DNA of 63,956 nucleotides, filler included, from Klebsormidium nitens (GCA_000708835.1; 4 parts of 4 records of this genome joined end to end with filler, not necessarily neighbours in it), one strand, 5' to 3'; counted from the whole stretch's first letter, positions 1-13,866 are shown. Notes: generated by a model from the sequence alone, not told the origin. Numbers and translations: made by a program.

Positions 1-1
1 T

Positions 2-185
2 ACCGTCAAATTTGGTGAAGGTTTGATGCTGCTATCGTGCTGGGTAGACGCCATTTTGAGTGTTCAAAAACATGCGCCCCATCATTGAGTCACCGTTTGA
101 ATTGCCCGGTCTCGACGACCGTTGGCAATTTATGCCACGTCAGCATCGAATTTGCCCGGTTTTATAGGTTGGGTGGTGGTTTAAG
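2..185 (+). repeat. Dispersed direct repeat, copy 1 (second copy at 7910-8089)
   Basis: ACCGTCAAATTTGGTGAAGG...GGTGGTTTAAG is nearly identical to 7910-8089, differing by a 4-nt indel and about one substitution. It may extend beyond the window start. Confidence 0.9.
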
Positions 186-1344
186 GTTCGGAAAGTTCAT
201 CGACATCCCAAAAGGCAAGCCACGGTTCTCCGCAGGAGAACTTTTAGCTTGTTACCGTACAACGGCCGTGCCACGTCACTTCACGTGTGCAAAGCAGCCG
301 CGGGTTTGCCTAATAATTGAATTGATCGTTGACCCGAAAGTTGAGACCGAGAAAGTCAACATCGAACAGCCCCCTGCGTAAGATATTTCCGGCAAACCAA
401 CCAGGGTATTCCTCAACTCGACAGTAGCGGTCCTCCCGGTCCTTGCATCCACTTGGACGTAGCGCAAGAGTTGACATCCCTCTAAATATTACGGTTCAGA
501 TTATTCGACCGGGCTGACAAGGGGTTCAGCGTTACCACTTGGGATCTTCGACCCGCCCCTCGAATCTTCAAAAAGCGCCAGAAAAGTGTGGGGGAAAGCG
601 GCCCGATAGCACGACAAACGACGGATGAACGACTGTGATAGCACGACAAAAAGGTCACCTTGTTCAGGTCTGCGTACCGAGAACTTTCTCTGGCCGATGC
701 TTTCGCGGTTCGTCAAACCCAGAAATCAAGCGACCAGCGCCCTCAACGTCGAACCCACAGCAAAGATTGCCGCGTTGCGCGGGAAAGGGTCCACAGGTCG
801 GGCTTAAATCTACCGATCACGTTTTTTGGCTCTTGTCTGCGTGAAGTCAACTCCAATAAACCATATCCGGCTGCTCTTGAGCCTCTCGCGTTACGCCTGT
901 GTATTTTGACGTCGTATACAACATACGACGCACGTTTGGTCAAGAAGCCCTGCACGGTTGACGAAGAAGCAGCGAAGCACGCGCGGCCGGTGCCTGCACA
1001 TCAGGCAGGGCTGACTCTCACTGTCTCAGTCTGTGACTGGCCTGACTCCTGACTCCTGATGTCACTCTCAAGAGTGAATGCCCTGGAAAGGTCACGACTC
1101 GCAGCAGACGGTAGGCGAAAGATCTCTTCGAAGACGAGGGTGAGGGGAAGAGCTCTGAGTACATATACCTAAGCCAAGTCCTTGCCCCCTTCCAAGGTCC
1201 AGAAGTTTGCATTCAAGTATCCACTTTGCACATTGCTCTCTAGCAGATCAAGCTCCTCTCGTCTTTGTTCTTGCTTTGACTTTAAGGCGAACTCCAGCGC
1301 ACCGCCTTGACTCCACCTGAGTTGTTTTCTTCTCCTCCCAAAAG

Positions 1345-2156
1345 ATGGCAGCTACTCTGCTTCAAACGTCCACGTTTTCAGGGACAGTAGCGCCCTTCAC
1401 ATCAGTCAGATCTGCAGCAGCCTCTGTAGCAAGCCAACCAAGATATGCTGTCTGTCTTCCACTTGCTCGGAGTAATTCCGTAAGTGACGCGAGTAAGCAT
1501 ACCACCAGTTCGCAAAGATCTCAAGGTACCTTGCCAGCTTTCCAAAGTACCAATGCTCAGGATATCACGCTTCTAGGAAGCAGTTCAGGCCAAGCCTTTG
1601 AAACGTTCTGGGACAATGTGCTGTCAGAGGGAGAGTCCAAGACAAGAAGCAGAGATGGTGCTGGCGAAGCTTTAGTAGATCAACAAATAACACGGTCCAC
1701 CATCGGGAAGGAGGACTGGCGAGCTGTCAGGAGGGTCGTTGACTTCGACTCCAGAAAGGCAAAGGAACTCAGAAGGAAACTGCGAGAGACAGAGAGCTTC
1801 CATGACACCTTCTATCACAGGCAAGTACCATCTGCTCTGGCCAGTACCATCTGCTCTGGCCACGTGCCGACTATTGTGGAGTCTTGAGTGGCGCCACAAG
1901 TTGCCATACATCTTGTCTTCTACTGAACCAGCAGGTTCTCATGGGTGAGAATTATGTGAATATTTGAGATCAAAGCTCTTGCTGCGTGAGATAGTCTTGC
2001 TTCTGTGGTTCGCTTGTCAAGTTTGTAATGAACGGTGCTGCAGTGCTCTTCAAAGTCTGATGAGCACTCTGAAGAGGGCAGCTCAAAGCGCTGCTAACAA
2101 TACATTGTTTTTACTGCAGTCATGTAGCAGAAATGCTAGCAAATCGCATCGATTGA
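1345..2156 (+). CDS. Small plant-specific, probably plastid-targeted protein (At3g15630/At1g52720-like family); 2 exons 1345-1820 and 2120-2156
   Basis: The N-terminus is Ser/Thr/Ala-rich and transit-peptide-like. The C-terminal KAKELRRKLRETESFHDTFYH resembles the recalled plant motif KAKQLRRK...FHDVMYHSAIASRLAS. Splicing AG|GCAAGT (1821) to TTACTGCAG|T (2119) restores YH-S-HVAEMLANRID*, which matches the pattern S-x-(I/V)-A-x-x-L-A. Confidence 0.7.
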
Positions 2157-3865
2157 CTAGCAGAAGGCCTTCCTGTCCCCTGGGGAGGCCGCTCTTGGAT
2201 CACAGATCTTGCTTTCAGAGGAGTTTTGTTCTCATTACTGTGGTATTGTGTAACTGTAGGAGAGTTCTCTGTAGTTGTAGGGGAGCTTTGACACATAACA
2301 CATGTAGGGCAGCTTAGACAGCTTGTATCTGGTTGGCCGTCACCTTTTCATGACAATCATAGGTCTTGTATGAAAGAGAACGACAGCAATACTTTAGCAG
2401 AGCAGACAGCCCGCTTTTGAAATTGTGTGAGATAACTCGTTCAGATGTCGTGAACAAAACGCGTGAGGGGGATTGTAAATAGTCATTCTTTCAGTTAGAA
2501 TTCACGGGAAGGTCCGGGTAGAGAAATCATAAGAAGTTGCCTTCAGTTTGCTGGAAAGACTAATGATAGCTGACATTATTGACGGCAAAGAGCGCAAAGG
2601 ACATGGGTTTCCACGGAGATAAACAACATTCTCAATAACCTTTGATCAACATGTGTCCTTTTGACATCAGTCATCATAGAGTTGGCCCTTTCCCTTGATG
2701 TTATGGTGCATGTAGAAGGTATCTCTTCTCAAGTGCGAAATATCTAACCCTTCTGAGTGCAAAAGTTCTTTGATTGTTAAGCTCACTGAAATATGGGGGC
2801 ATCCGGCGGGCTTGTCATGTGCACATTGCAAAGTAGCTGCGCAATCTTTTGGCACATACGCAACGAAACAAGCTATCTTGCCTGGCCAAATGTCCAGAGC
2901 TCAGTATTGCATACGGATGTACCCGTTAATCGGAAGGTTAACTGCAATCGTGAAGTGGTCAATCAAAACTTACTACATGTAGCTTGACACACATTGAAGA
3001 CTACGAGACTGACTCGACCTTTGGAAGAAATTGTTTCAATAGTCGACAATAGAAAACTTTACTTTCGGGGCATTGGGGTCCGCCAACAGTCTTACGTACG
3101 CGCATGCTTCGGCTAGCCTGCCAATCATTGCAATTTTAGCCCCTCGATCATTGTTGCTGCGGCATTGCGTTGCTTAAGCGGTGCAGCAAGTAACACTTGC
3201 CAACGCCTAGTGTTGCAGCAACGCCTCGAAACCTTGCGCAACATTGCGCAACGCCCCCGCAACGCCGTGCAACGTCGCTGCAATGAGCGGCTAAAATTCC
3301 GATCTGAGTCACGACTCGGTGCTCATGCAACTTTGTGTTGACGTGGGCCTTGATCCATACATAGTATTATAACAGGTCAAAAAGCATGCAGTTCTTCGGA
3401 CATGTGTGCATGCCAGGATATGCAGGAGTACTAGACCCGCTTGCTCCGCAAACATGCAATAATCGTTTTCGATCAAGCGCCAATATTGTTGGTTGAAGTA
3501 TAGTATCAACGCTTCAAACCGAGGACTTGCACAAGCGCGGGGCATGGGAAGAATCAAACTAGAAGCCATCACAGTCAATGGTCGGTTTCTAGCCTGCTAG
3601 GTAGGTCGGCGGCATGTGGGCCCCCGGCTTTACGAGGGCACAAGGGCGTAATATGCAATATGAATCAAGGTTTTTTACGGTGAATTTGACTCGGACGCCG
3701 CGGGGAGTTTGCATGATCTCAGTGATCGACTCATGTTCATGGTTAATCTGCTTTCTATCCGACTCTAACTGTACGTATGTACGTATTGGCGCCGGGACAA
3801 TTCATTCGGACTTCTAAGTCGCGCCTTTGATTGCAATCTTTATAAAGAGATGCATGATTACCATG

Positions 3866-4206
3866 CACAAGCCACTTATATGAGGTAGCCGAGTTCCGGT
3901 CGATTGGAGGGCGAGTCCGACGATTCTTCCGGTCAATGTCTAGACAATTGGTAGGTGAGTTCTAGACTCGCGACTCGATTTATCGATGGAAAATTCAGAC
4001 GCGCGAAAACTCGGCATTAGGTCGCGGCAGTCTGCGACGACCAAATGCCGAGTTTTCGCGCGTCTGAATTTTCGATCGATCAATCGAATCGCGACCGGAC
4101 GCGAGTCTAGAACTCACCTACCAATTGTCTAGACATTGACCGGAAGAATCGTCGGACTCACCCTCCAATCGACCGGAACTCGGCTACCTCATATAAGTGG
4201 CTTGTG
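3866..4206. repeat. 341-bp foldback (long inverted repeat), MITE-like or hairpin-RNA locus
   Basis: Outer arms are about 107 bp with 1 mismatch and inner arms about 36 bp with 1 mismatch. There is an asymmetric bulge and a tiny loop near 4030. Termini are CACAA...TTGTG with TG on both flanks. Confidence 0.9.
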
Positions 4207-5185
4207 TGGACTCGTATTGACAAAGTCATTGCCAAAGTTTGATCTTTTATGTGTAATTGGCAGACATTTCAAGGCCATGCACATGTAATATGCAGGCGAC
4301 ATGTTTGGTCAGCGAGTCGGGTTCAGTTCGAGCGCCCCTGTACGTAAGCTTGTGCGCTCATTGTGCGTATAAATATGGGCCCATGGGCTTGCAGTGTGCG
4401 AAATAGCACCGTTCAACCATGCAACAATTCAGTGTTGATTGGCACAGCTTGCCGCGATCCTAATGATGCCTCTATCTTGCCGCCTCATATAGCTATGAAT
4501 TTGAAATCGCGCTTTTGTAGATTGTAATTAATGCATGCGATCGCCTTTACCCATCTTTTGTTAAGTTACTTTCATGAGGTGTGAACAGTTCTGTGGTTCG
4601 AAGTAGGTATGTTAAACGCCGATGTATCCTAATTACCGTTATAAGCATCAACGAACTGGAAGACAGTCCCCTTGAAGGACGAACAAGGGACTTATCAAAG
4701 TACGGTTTGCAAAACGCATGATCAATCATGCGTTTTGCAAAGAGAACATCATGGCACAAACTGCGACTACATGCAGTCCGGATGCACGCTGGAATCAAGT
4801 TGTAGGCTACGGCCTGTTCGGACACTCCAAACGACCACAGTTCTTTATAATTCTTCGATCTACCCGTCTTAAGTTTCTCAACAAATGCACCCCCACGCTC
4901 TCGACTGCCATGTGATATTTCTATGCCAAAATCTAGTCTTTGAATCGGTTCCATCGGCCATGAGACCCGGACATCGCCTTTGATCAAACGCTATAAGCAC
5001 AAGCGAAAAGCGAACACTTCGACTCGTATATGGAGACAAGAAGATTCTCAAGCCTACCCTCTGGTCACTTGAAAGGGGCCACACTTCTGTAACCCAATGA
5101 TCAATATCTGTCTTTAGAGACTATACAAAGAACCGGGAGCCGATGCTGAGCCAGCTTCATAAGTGGTTGCGGCATGACACTGAAG

Positions 5186-5341
5186 TTGCAAGTGTAAGGT
5201 AATACACCCGTTCCCGGCGGATGAATGAATCTTGAATCAGATGTCCAGGCTGTCGTGGTACCTTGCAAGTGTAAGGTAATACACCCGTTCCCGGCGGACG
5301 AATGAATCTTGAATCAGATGTCCAGGCTGTCGTGGTACCTT
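5186..5341. repeat. Tandem duplication, 2 x 77 bp
   Basis: TTGCAAGTGTAAGGTAATACACCCG... starts at 5186 and again at 5263, with one substitution. Confidence 0.95.
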
Positions 5342-7909
5342 TCAGCTTTCTTTCCCGTCCTGTGCTCCCACCTGAAATCAACATCTCTGTCTGGTTCAAA
5401 GATGTAAAATCCAGTGCAGACTACAATATGCTGCTCTTGAGAAGGTCCACATACCTGGTCATACTTTGACCCTGACATGGGCCCTCATGCACATAAGGCA
5501 AATGAATCTCTTCTCTGTGAAGACAATCAAGAAGCAGGGCAGATTCGAAATCGACTGCTTCAAAATTCATTAAACCTGATGTGTTGCATGTCAGATCTCA
5601 GTCCTTGGAACTAGTTAAATGGCCGACAGCATCGTACTTACCACTCTATCGTGGCGGCTCCAACCAGGGCTGCGAGTGTCAAAGCTTGAGCGTGGAGCCT
5701 GCATTTACAAGCGAAGGTAAGTGTAATAGCAATCCAATACAAATCAGCTACTTTGATTAGGGTCATCGCACAAGAATGACGCCTTCACAATTCAGAAAGC
5801 CTATGCGCAACCTTTCAATCACCTGCTGGCAACTTTCGTTCAGCTATAGCAAGCACGTGTATCAGAATCACCCACTCTAATGACCTTGTTGGGAGATTTG
5901 ATAGCCTCCGCACACTCCTGCTCCATACCGTCAGGAACTGAGACCAGATAACCGTAATGTTCCCTTTACGTAGGGGCCAGCTCTTCGATCTGTGGGGGGC
6001 TTCATCTTTGTCATTGTCAAAAATTGTAAAAGGAGAAAGGGGCAGTGCAAAAAGCCTACCTTGCATGTATCAGCTTGACACTTGGAGACAAGTGAGGCGA
6101 TTTTCGCAAGTTATAGATGAGAGATCCAGCCACCCCAGTCGCCCAAATGGTGCCTGCAGTACATACTTCCTTTATTGAGATGCCACAAACACAAGACACT
6201 TGCTTGTCAACCAGTAAAAATGAAGTTCTTTGTTTGAGATTGAGAGTCACATGGTGACCAGATCAGGTAGCCATGATAGGCGTATTCTTAGTGTATAGAG
6301 AATAATATAAATACAACCTCCCTGCTTGGGACACAGAACCGCAACCTGCTAAGTATGCTCCGATGACTTCTTGCGAGAATGAGACTGGGTGGTTGACTTT
6401 CATAAGACAATACTCAACCCCTTTAGTAAGCTTGCTAAAAAAACACTTGACAAGCCTTACAGAGAAACGATCCATAGCCCTGTCATAAAAGTACGACAGA
6501 GCAGTTATGAAGGATATGGCAGCCCCCAAGCAAGGCACCGAAAATAACAACACTGAACCCTCACTATCATCTCTCTTGCCGTTTGAATTGATGCAAGTTA
6601 AAACCCCGCAATCGCCTCTTGCCGAGTGAGATGACGCACACGACAACTATAAGATCGCAATATTGGACTGTTTTACACGATTCAGGAATGAGCGACTGAA
6701 CAAATGAACTGCTGTCATCAACCGGTGCCAGGAAAACTTGCCAAACCGGTTTGATAGAAAGTCCACCGGAACACCATCAAGTAAGTAACTCAGATTCAGC
6801 CAGCTGAACCAGTGCCATCAGTTCCCAAACACAATTGTCATCCGGGAAACAAACTAGTCAAACTTGTCATCCGAGAAACAAACTCTAGTTTTGATTATCC
6901 TAAAACCATAAGTTGATCTTGAAAATTAACATCCATTCAAAACATGTGGCCTCATAACTTTTGCATGCGCTCTGCATGACTAGATGCATGTTTTCCTGTA
7001 CAGTAGTTGCCAGCGAACGGCAGAGTACAATCAGCACATACACCATGCATGTTAGCTTGACTCCTTAGGAATGGGCCGCTTACCGACTGCTTGCAACTTG
7101 TGCTCGGTCAGCCATTCCCTGATTTGCTCGATACGTCCCTGGTCATTCTGGTCGCCTCTTTCAGTTGAAGACATAGCTTGCTTAGGCGAGGATCAGAAAT
7201 CTGTACAAAATTTGCACTAATACGTCGTGTCTGGTCAGTCCAAACAGGAAAGGCAAAAAAGTCTTGCACAATGCAGAGATAGTAGTGTTTATCCTTGCAA
7301 GCTGCAGAGATGTTTCAAGTCAAAATCTGAAGGGTTGCTGCCAGCTTTCTTTGAATCCAGGCAGCTCTTCTGTTGCGGCATGAGCTTTTGTGCACAGCAG
7401 CGCTTTAAGCAACCTCAGGTAAAGTGCCTATGTGATTGTGAATGCTGTGACCTTTGCTCCCCTCAGGCTCTGGTTTGCGCTGAAAACTGTACATGAAAAT
7501 AAACATAGCTGGTCCTTCCTCTTCAACTTCAAGTTCAACTTCAAGTTCAATTAAACCACCACCCAACCGGTACATATGGGCCAGCAATGCTGGCCAATTT
7601 CATAACTTGAACTTCACGTGTGAAGTTCAAGTGGCGCTCATGGGGCGCACGCATTTGGCACTGAAATGTAGCATTTGCCCAGCTCATAGCATGCCCAAAT
7701 CATGCTTTTCAGTGGCGGTGTCAAGCTCAGTCGCCACAGAGAGGCCTTGCAAGAAGGCGCCAGGCTTTTCAGCTCTTCAAACCACCAAGAATAGCTCAAA
7801 TAAGCTGTGTGTGGCTTTTTAGGGCTTACAGGCCTTGTTTTTGGCCGTTTGAAGAGCCGGGAAAAGGAGCGCATCTCAACGGGGCCTGTTCCAGGCGAGC
7901 AAGCCTGAC

Positions 7910-8089
7910 ACCGTCAAATTTGGTGAAGGTTTGATGCTGCTATCGTGCTGGGTAGACGCCATTTTGAGTGTTCAAAAACATGCGCCCCATGAGTCACCGT
8001 TTGAATTGCCCGATCTCGACGACCGTTGGCAATTTATGCCACGTCAGCATCGAATTTGCCCGGTTTTATAGGTTGGGTGGTGGTTTAAG
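7910..8089 (+). repeat. Dispersed direct repeat, copy 2, about 460 bp upstream of UVR3
   Basis: Near-identical to 2-185. Confidence 0.9.
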
Positions 8090-8553
8090 TTGTTGCACGG
8101 AACTTTTTGAAAGACTGCACAGCACACGGCCATGTCGCACCGACCGCTCTCAAGAGGAACGCTGTCAGGAATTGCAAGCACCGCCGCCGACCGTCTTGCC
8201 GTTTCTTGTTTGAACGGACCTGGAGAATTAGGCAGACCAAACTGACCGTGAGATCCCGGCATCTCCCGTTCCTTTGAAGCAACGCAACAGTTCGCCCCGA
8301 CTCGGGCCCCCGCGTCCCCGGTTGTGTGACTGTCGCATGCAGACCACGTCGCCATGTACAATCGCAACAGCTGCCAGTGCACCCTGAGCTAACTACCTAT
8401 TTACCTAATAGGCTACCTAGTACCGTACCTAGCTGGAGCTGGAGCCTGGCACTTTCTCCTTGATCACCAAGCTACCCGTGTGGGCGGCATCAAGGAGAGG
8501 AGTCTACAACGACTTCGTTAGGAAAGGGTTGCTGGTCTTAGGGTCGGAGCTCA

Positions 8554-11500
8554 ATGTCTTCGCTCATGTGGTTCCGTAAGGGGCTGCGGCTACACGACAA
8601 CCCCGCCCTGTTGGCGGCCATTGAGGGCGCCAAGCACGTGTACCCTGTCTTCATCCTCGACCCATACTTCCTCCGCCCTGATCCAACCGCGCCCTCACCT
8701 GGTTCCACGCGCGTAGGCATCAACCGGATACAGTTCTTGCTGCAGAGCTTACAGGTGAGGCCACAAAGGCTGCCAGTGCCGCAGGCGCTGAGGTGGTAGC
8801 AGACTGCAATGGGGCCACTCTGCATGAGAAAGGTGCACTTTTTCAGCTGCTTTCGGTGCTTGACTAACTCGACTTTACCACGCTGGTGTGTGGGGGCTGG
8901 TTGACTTTCGTCGGTAAAAACAGGGCCACATATAGCAATGCTGTGATCTTGTGCACCTCATCTGTGAAGCCCCTCCAGATAAGGGGTGTAGGTTCCAGTA
9001 AGGTGCAAGCTGCGAAGGGACCCACCCGACTTTAGGAAAGACGGTGCTCATTGAAAGCTGGGCTGATTGTTCTCCGGTGCTTGCAGGATCTGGACCAGGG
9101 GCTGCAGGCGCGGGGATCGCGGCTGCTCCTTGTCCATGGGGACCCTGTCGAAATTATTCCCAGCATGATCACCCAGGTAAAGCACACCCCCCTGCAGGTT
9201 TGCTAACGGGCAGACTTATCTCTTTTGTTTTGAGGCAAACCAATGAAACTTAGTCAAGTGCCTCAGCTTGTCCATGTATTTGTAGTGGTGGGAGACTGGT
9301 TGTTTGGAACACTGAAGTCTACCCTGTTTGTGCAGTGGCGGGTAAATCGGCTGTGCTTTGAGCGGGACACGGAGCCTTATGCCAAAGAGCGAGACGCGCG
9401 GGTCAAGGTACGCAGCAGACCAGCTGCCAGCTGTTCCAGTTCCTTTTCTGTTCTTGTGACTGTCGGCGATTTTAAGTCGATATCCTTTGCGCAAGTGATA
9501 AGATGGCAGCTGAAAGTTGAAGTTGCAATGAGAACAGCGATCAGCATTGGACCCATGCTCGATAGATGGCTGAGCCGCGTCTGGCCTTGGCTGCAGGAGC
9601 TGGCGGCGGAGCTGGGGATCAAGGAGCTGGTTACGCCGTCCACCCACACCCTGTTTGACCCTGACGAGACCATTGCCCGAGTGAGCCAGCTCAAATGAGT
9701 TACGATGATCGTCCATGTCTTTTCATTGATCTACAAACGGTCCCTCCTCGCACAGGGCACTGCTGAGTAGCCTTAGGCATGGAAGGTTGGTTTCTAGAGC
9801 TTGTCGTTGAGAAGTATTCGGAAGGGGTCAACATGAATGATCAATTTCTCCTGATTCGAGCGCTCTGTTGATCCACTGTGGACGGCCTTGTGATGCTGCT
9901 TCTTCTGACTGTGCCCCGCAGAACAAGGGCCATGTACCCACCAGCTACGGCCAGTTCTGCAAGGCCATCGGCACCCCCGCAGAGCCGCTGGAAGCACCCA
10001 CCAGTATACCTGGGCCAGACCCCGAAAAGAAGGGCATTCCGACTATCAGTGTGCCCACGTTGACGGAGCTGGGCTACGGTGAGAGCGACCAGGTGAGGAG
10101 AGCCTCGCAGGGGAGCTTTCTATTGGGGGCCACTGTCAGCAGTTCGGAAGCTGGCAGTTAAGTGAGAGGGATCCCTCAGGGGCCCAATACCAGCAAGTAA
10201 AACTAGAGCGAAGTTCGAACCAGCGTGTCCGCTAGGACTTGCATCCTAAGCCCCATGTGAGCACTATGAATGCCTGCGGGGGACATATGAAGTACAACGC
10301 TTGCTTCAATCCCGGGTGCTAAGCCGGCGCCTGCCCCCCCATGCAGGAGTTTCTGCAGCAGATTGTTAAGGGGGGCGAAACGGAGGCCCTGGCCCGCCTG
10401 GAGGTCATGATGGCCAAGACGGTGAGCCAAGCGCCGGTCACGCATTTGGTCAGAGTTCAATCCCTTGGCATTTTGGACGAGGGTACGAACGGGAGGTATC
10501 CTGCCCGGCCAACCGCTACGGATCTGGCCGTGCTAAGCTCTTTTGGGTCTCCGCTGCACGGACATCCCTTTGGGGACCGTGCTTCACTTCCGCAGGTCCA
10601 GCGAGGTCCTGTGATCAACGACGAATTCTCGAGTCTCCCGACGCCCTTGATTGTGGTTTTGTACATGCACCATAGTAAGGTCGTTTTGCCGTTGTCGACA
10701 GATGCTTGGTACCTTGACGCCCTCTCCAAATCACCATGTGGCACTGCCATTCACTTCGCTCCTTCCACCTTACCCCACTAGTCGACGCCCTGTCTGTACC
10801 GCTCCTTTTTAATGTTTCTCGGATGCATTCAGGACTGGGTGGCCAAGTTCGAGAAGCCCAAGACGGGTGAGCCCGCACACGCCCTCCCTCCCGTCGCACC
10901 TCAGAGACTTTTGCTGTTGGTATCTCGACGTCCTCCAGGTTTCGGTCAGATCGGTCCAGCGCAAATATCGTGAGCATGATCAGAGGCACAAGGGCGCTCC
11001 GGCTTGGCTGGGGCGCTTAGATGCGGGCGCCTCGCACATTGCGCTTCTGTAAGGTCCGGCTTGGCCCACGTCGCTGAACCCATCCGTCGTTCTCACCTGC
11101 CGCTGGCCTTTCGTTCAGATCCCAGCGCATTTGCCGAGCCCGCCACCACCGTGCTTTCGCCGTACCTCAAGGTACGCGCTCGCTTGCGAATTTTGCGGAG
11201 CACTTGGCACACGTTCGTGTACGCTATTTCCATCATTGCTTCGATCCTTGTTGCAGAAGGCACCGGCTGGACCGGCAAAGAGTTCGAGTCTGCCGCCCTT
11301 GTTTTCTAGCTTAGCCCCTGCGTTGCTCGTATCTGCAGTTTGGCTGCCTCTCCCCACGACTCTTCTACTCGAAGCTGATGGCTATCTACCAGAAGAAAAC
11401 GGGCCACAGCAAACCCCCCCAGTCGCTTGAGGGCCAGGTAACGCCGCTGCCGTGTTTACTGCGCACTGAGATTTTTAAGGCACTCACGAAAAAGCGCGCG

Positions 11501-13866
11501 GCTAACGGTTCCTTTCGCATTCACGCGGAGAAGAGGTTTTCCTCGGTCGCTTCTATAACAAGCTTGAGCCGAGAGAACCCGTGCGCCTTCAAATCTCAAT
11601 CACCACTTGCTTCGTGACTAGGACCGTCGTTTCTTTTGTTTGACCTCGACACGCACCCGCGACTTCAGCCCGTGTCCGCACCGACTCGTTGACCCACTCG
11701 CCCCGTGCGCGGCATGCAGCTGCTGTGGCGCGAGTTTTTCTACACGGTGGGCCACGCCACGCCGCGCTTCGACTGCATGGTGGGCAACTCGCTGTGCAAG
11801 CAGGTGCCCTGGACCGACGACGACGCGCTGCTCGCCGCCTGGCGGGACGCCAAAACAGGGTCAGCACACTAGCTCCGCTGACCCCCGCTCTTCAGGCCTG
11901 ACTTGATCCCGGAGATCTGGGAATATGGATCGTCTCTGCTTGTCTGAGAAGGGCGCGGCTTCTTGAGCTATCTGCGGCGAAAGCCCTCCGTGGCTGTCCA
12001 GTGACTTCCGAGTCTTTTTGCGCGTTGGATGACCGGTCTGCCGTCCTTCATCTCTGCCTATCAGCGGACTGCCAGCCAGCTGCCTCGTTGGTGGTAAAGA
12101 GTCGTCAAAGCTGGGCTCGCGACGGCGCCTGTCCGCCGGCGCGCTGCGTGCCTGACGGCTGCTGTGCTGCTGTGTCGTGCAGGTACCCCTGGATCGACGC
12201 CATTATGACGCAGCTGCGGCAGCAGGGCTGGATGCACCACCTCGCGCGCCACGCCGTCGCCTGCTTCCTCACGCGCGGGGACCTGGTGAGCCCGCATGGC
12301 ACACACAGGGCAGGGCAGCGCTTCTACTAGAACTATCCAAACACTCCGCTTTTTCGTTGCTCTCCTTCTCAGTATGCCGACGTCTAAAGGCTTTTCGGCG
12401 GGGCTCGTTCGTTGCTTTGCTTATTTCCAGCCGGCAGCTTGCCCGCTGGTATTCCTCTCGACAAGCAAGGCCTGAGTCCAAGCGAGGGCCGATGTTATGT
12501 CAGCGTTGCATGCCTGGCTCCCTTCTCCTACTGGCCGTGACGCTGCGGTGGCGCGGTGTGGTGCAGTTTGTGTACTGGGAGAAGGGGCGCGACGTGTTCG
12601 ACCGGCTGCTCATCGACGGCGACTGGTCCATCAACAACGGCAACTGGCTCTGGCTCTCTGCGTCCGCCTTCTTCTCGCAGGTGCGCGCCCCGCACCGCCA
12701 CCGCCGCATCTCGGCACGTGCGATTGTGGCACTCGTCAAACAATCGGCTCTGCTTGTATTCGCCACCAGCGCATGCTGGTCTGCGCTCTGCTGTTTCTCA
12801 CTGCTGTTGCATCGGCTGCTGCTCTGAAAGCCGGAGATGCCCTTCACTGCGGGCGCGCCCATGAATCTTGCACGAGCCTGTCACGACCGCCTTCGGCTGA
12901 CGTTGCGTCCGGTGCGGCGGTGTGCAGTACTTCCGCATTTACTCGCCCATCACATTCGGCCAAAAGTACGACAAGTCCGGCAAGTACATCCGCCGCTTCC
13001 TGCCCGTCCTCAAAGGTGAGCGCACGGCGACGCACCGAGCAGCGCCGTCTCCTGAACCGGCAGTTCTTCTCCTCATGCGAGCTACCGGCGCGAGGGCCTT
13101 CGGTCAAATGCTGAAAGTACTGGCCGGTCAAGATGCGTCGTTCTTTCGCAGGCGGTGTAGAGTCGACCAGGTTGGACAGACACGCTTTGTTAATTTGCCC
13201 TCCGACTGCCCTTGCTGCAGACTTTCCGGCGCAGTACATCTACGAGCCGTGGAAGGCCCCTCTTGATGTGCAGAAGGCGGCCAAGTGCGTTATTGGAGTG
13301 GACTACCCCGGGCCAAGTAAGCCGGTGCAATGACACGAGGCCCTTGCGGCACCCATTGCCGACCCTGAATCATTCTCGATGGACTTACGCCACTTGTTCA
13401 AGTTGGTGCTTGATAGCATCGTATTTTGTGGGACCCCTCTTCCAGCGTGGCTCGCGGCGGAGGTCATGTTGTCAAGTCTCGTGCACGTTCTAGAATGCGC
13501 AGCGAGGAAACGTGCATGAAACGGGGAGACTGTTTGCCTACCGTTGATGGCGCCACTTGTCGGACGGCCCGTTTCGCAAAGCAGCCACGTTGGCGCCTTC
13601 CTGGCCGGTTCACCTTTGACCTGCTCGCGTTGCGTGCAGTCGTGGACCATGCGGAGGCGAGCAAGCAGTGCAAGGAGCGCATGGCGGCCGCGTATGCGCT
13701 GGCCAAGCAGAGCACCGACCTGCCGTCGCAGGAAGCGGTCGAGGAGCTGCGCCGCACGGTGAACCCGGGAGGGGTCAAGCGGAAGGAGCAGTACGGGGCG
13801 GCGGGGAGCATGGCGCCGGCGGGCAAGAAGAGCAAGGGGGACATCAGGAAATACCTCAAGAAGTAG
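8554..13866 (+). CDS. UVR3: (6-4) DNA photolyase, about 15 coding exons
   Basis: Exons read [14 protein letters not shown] (8554-8754), [14 protein letters not shown] (9087-9176), [15 protein letters not shown] (9336-9407), TTVLSPYLK|[54 protein letters not shown]...[18 protein letters not shown], and a basic C-terminus. The HHLARH catalytic motif of (6-4) photolyases is at 12235-12252. All introns are GT-AG. Confidence 0.97.

Noticed and set aside
4547-6646. ORFs 4547-4987, 5815-6066 and 6263-6646 (minus strand)
   Set aside because: No recognisable motif or splice model. They may be decayed sequence.
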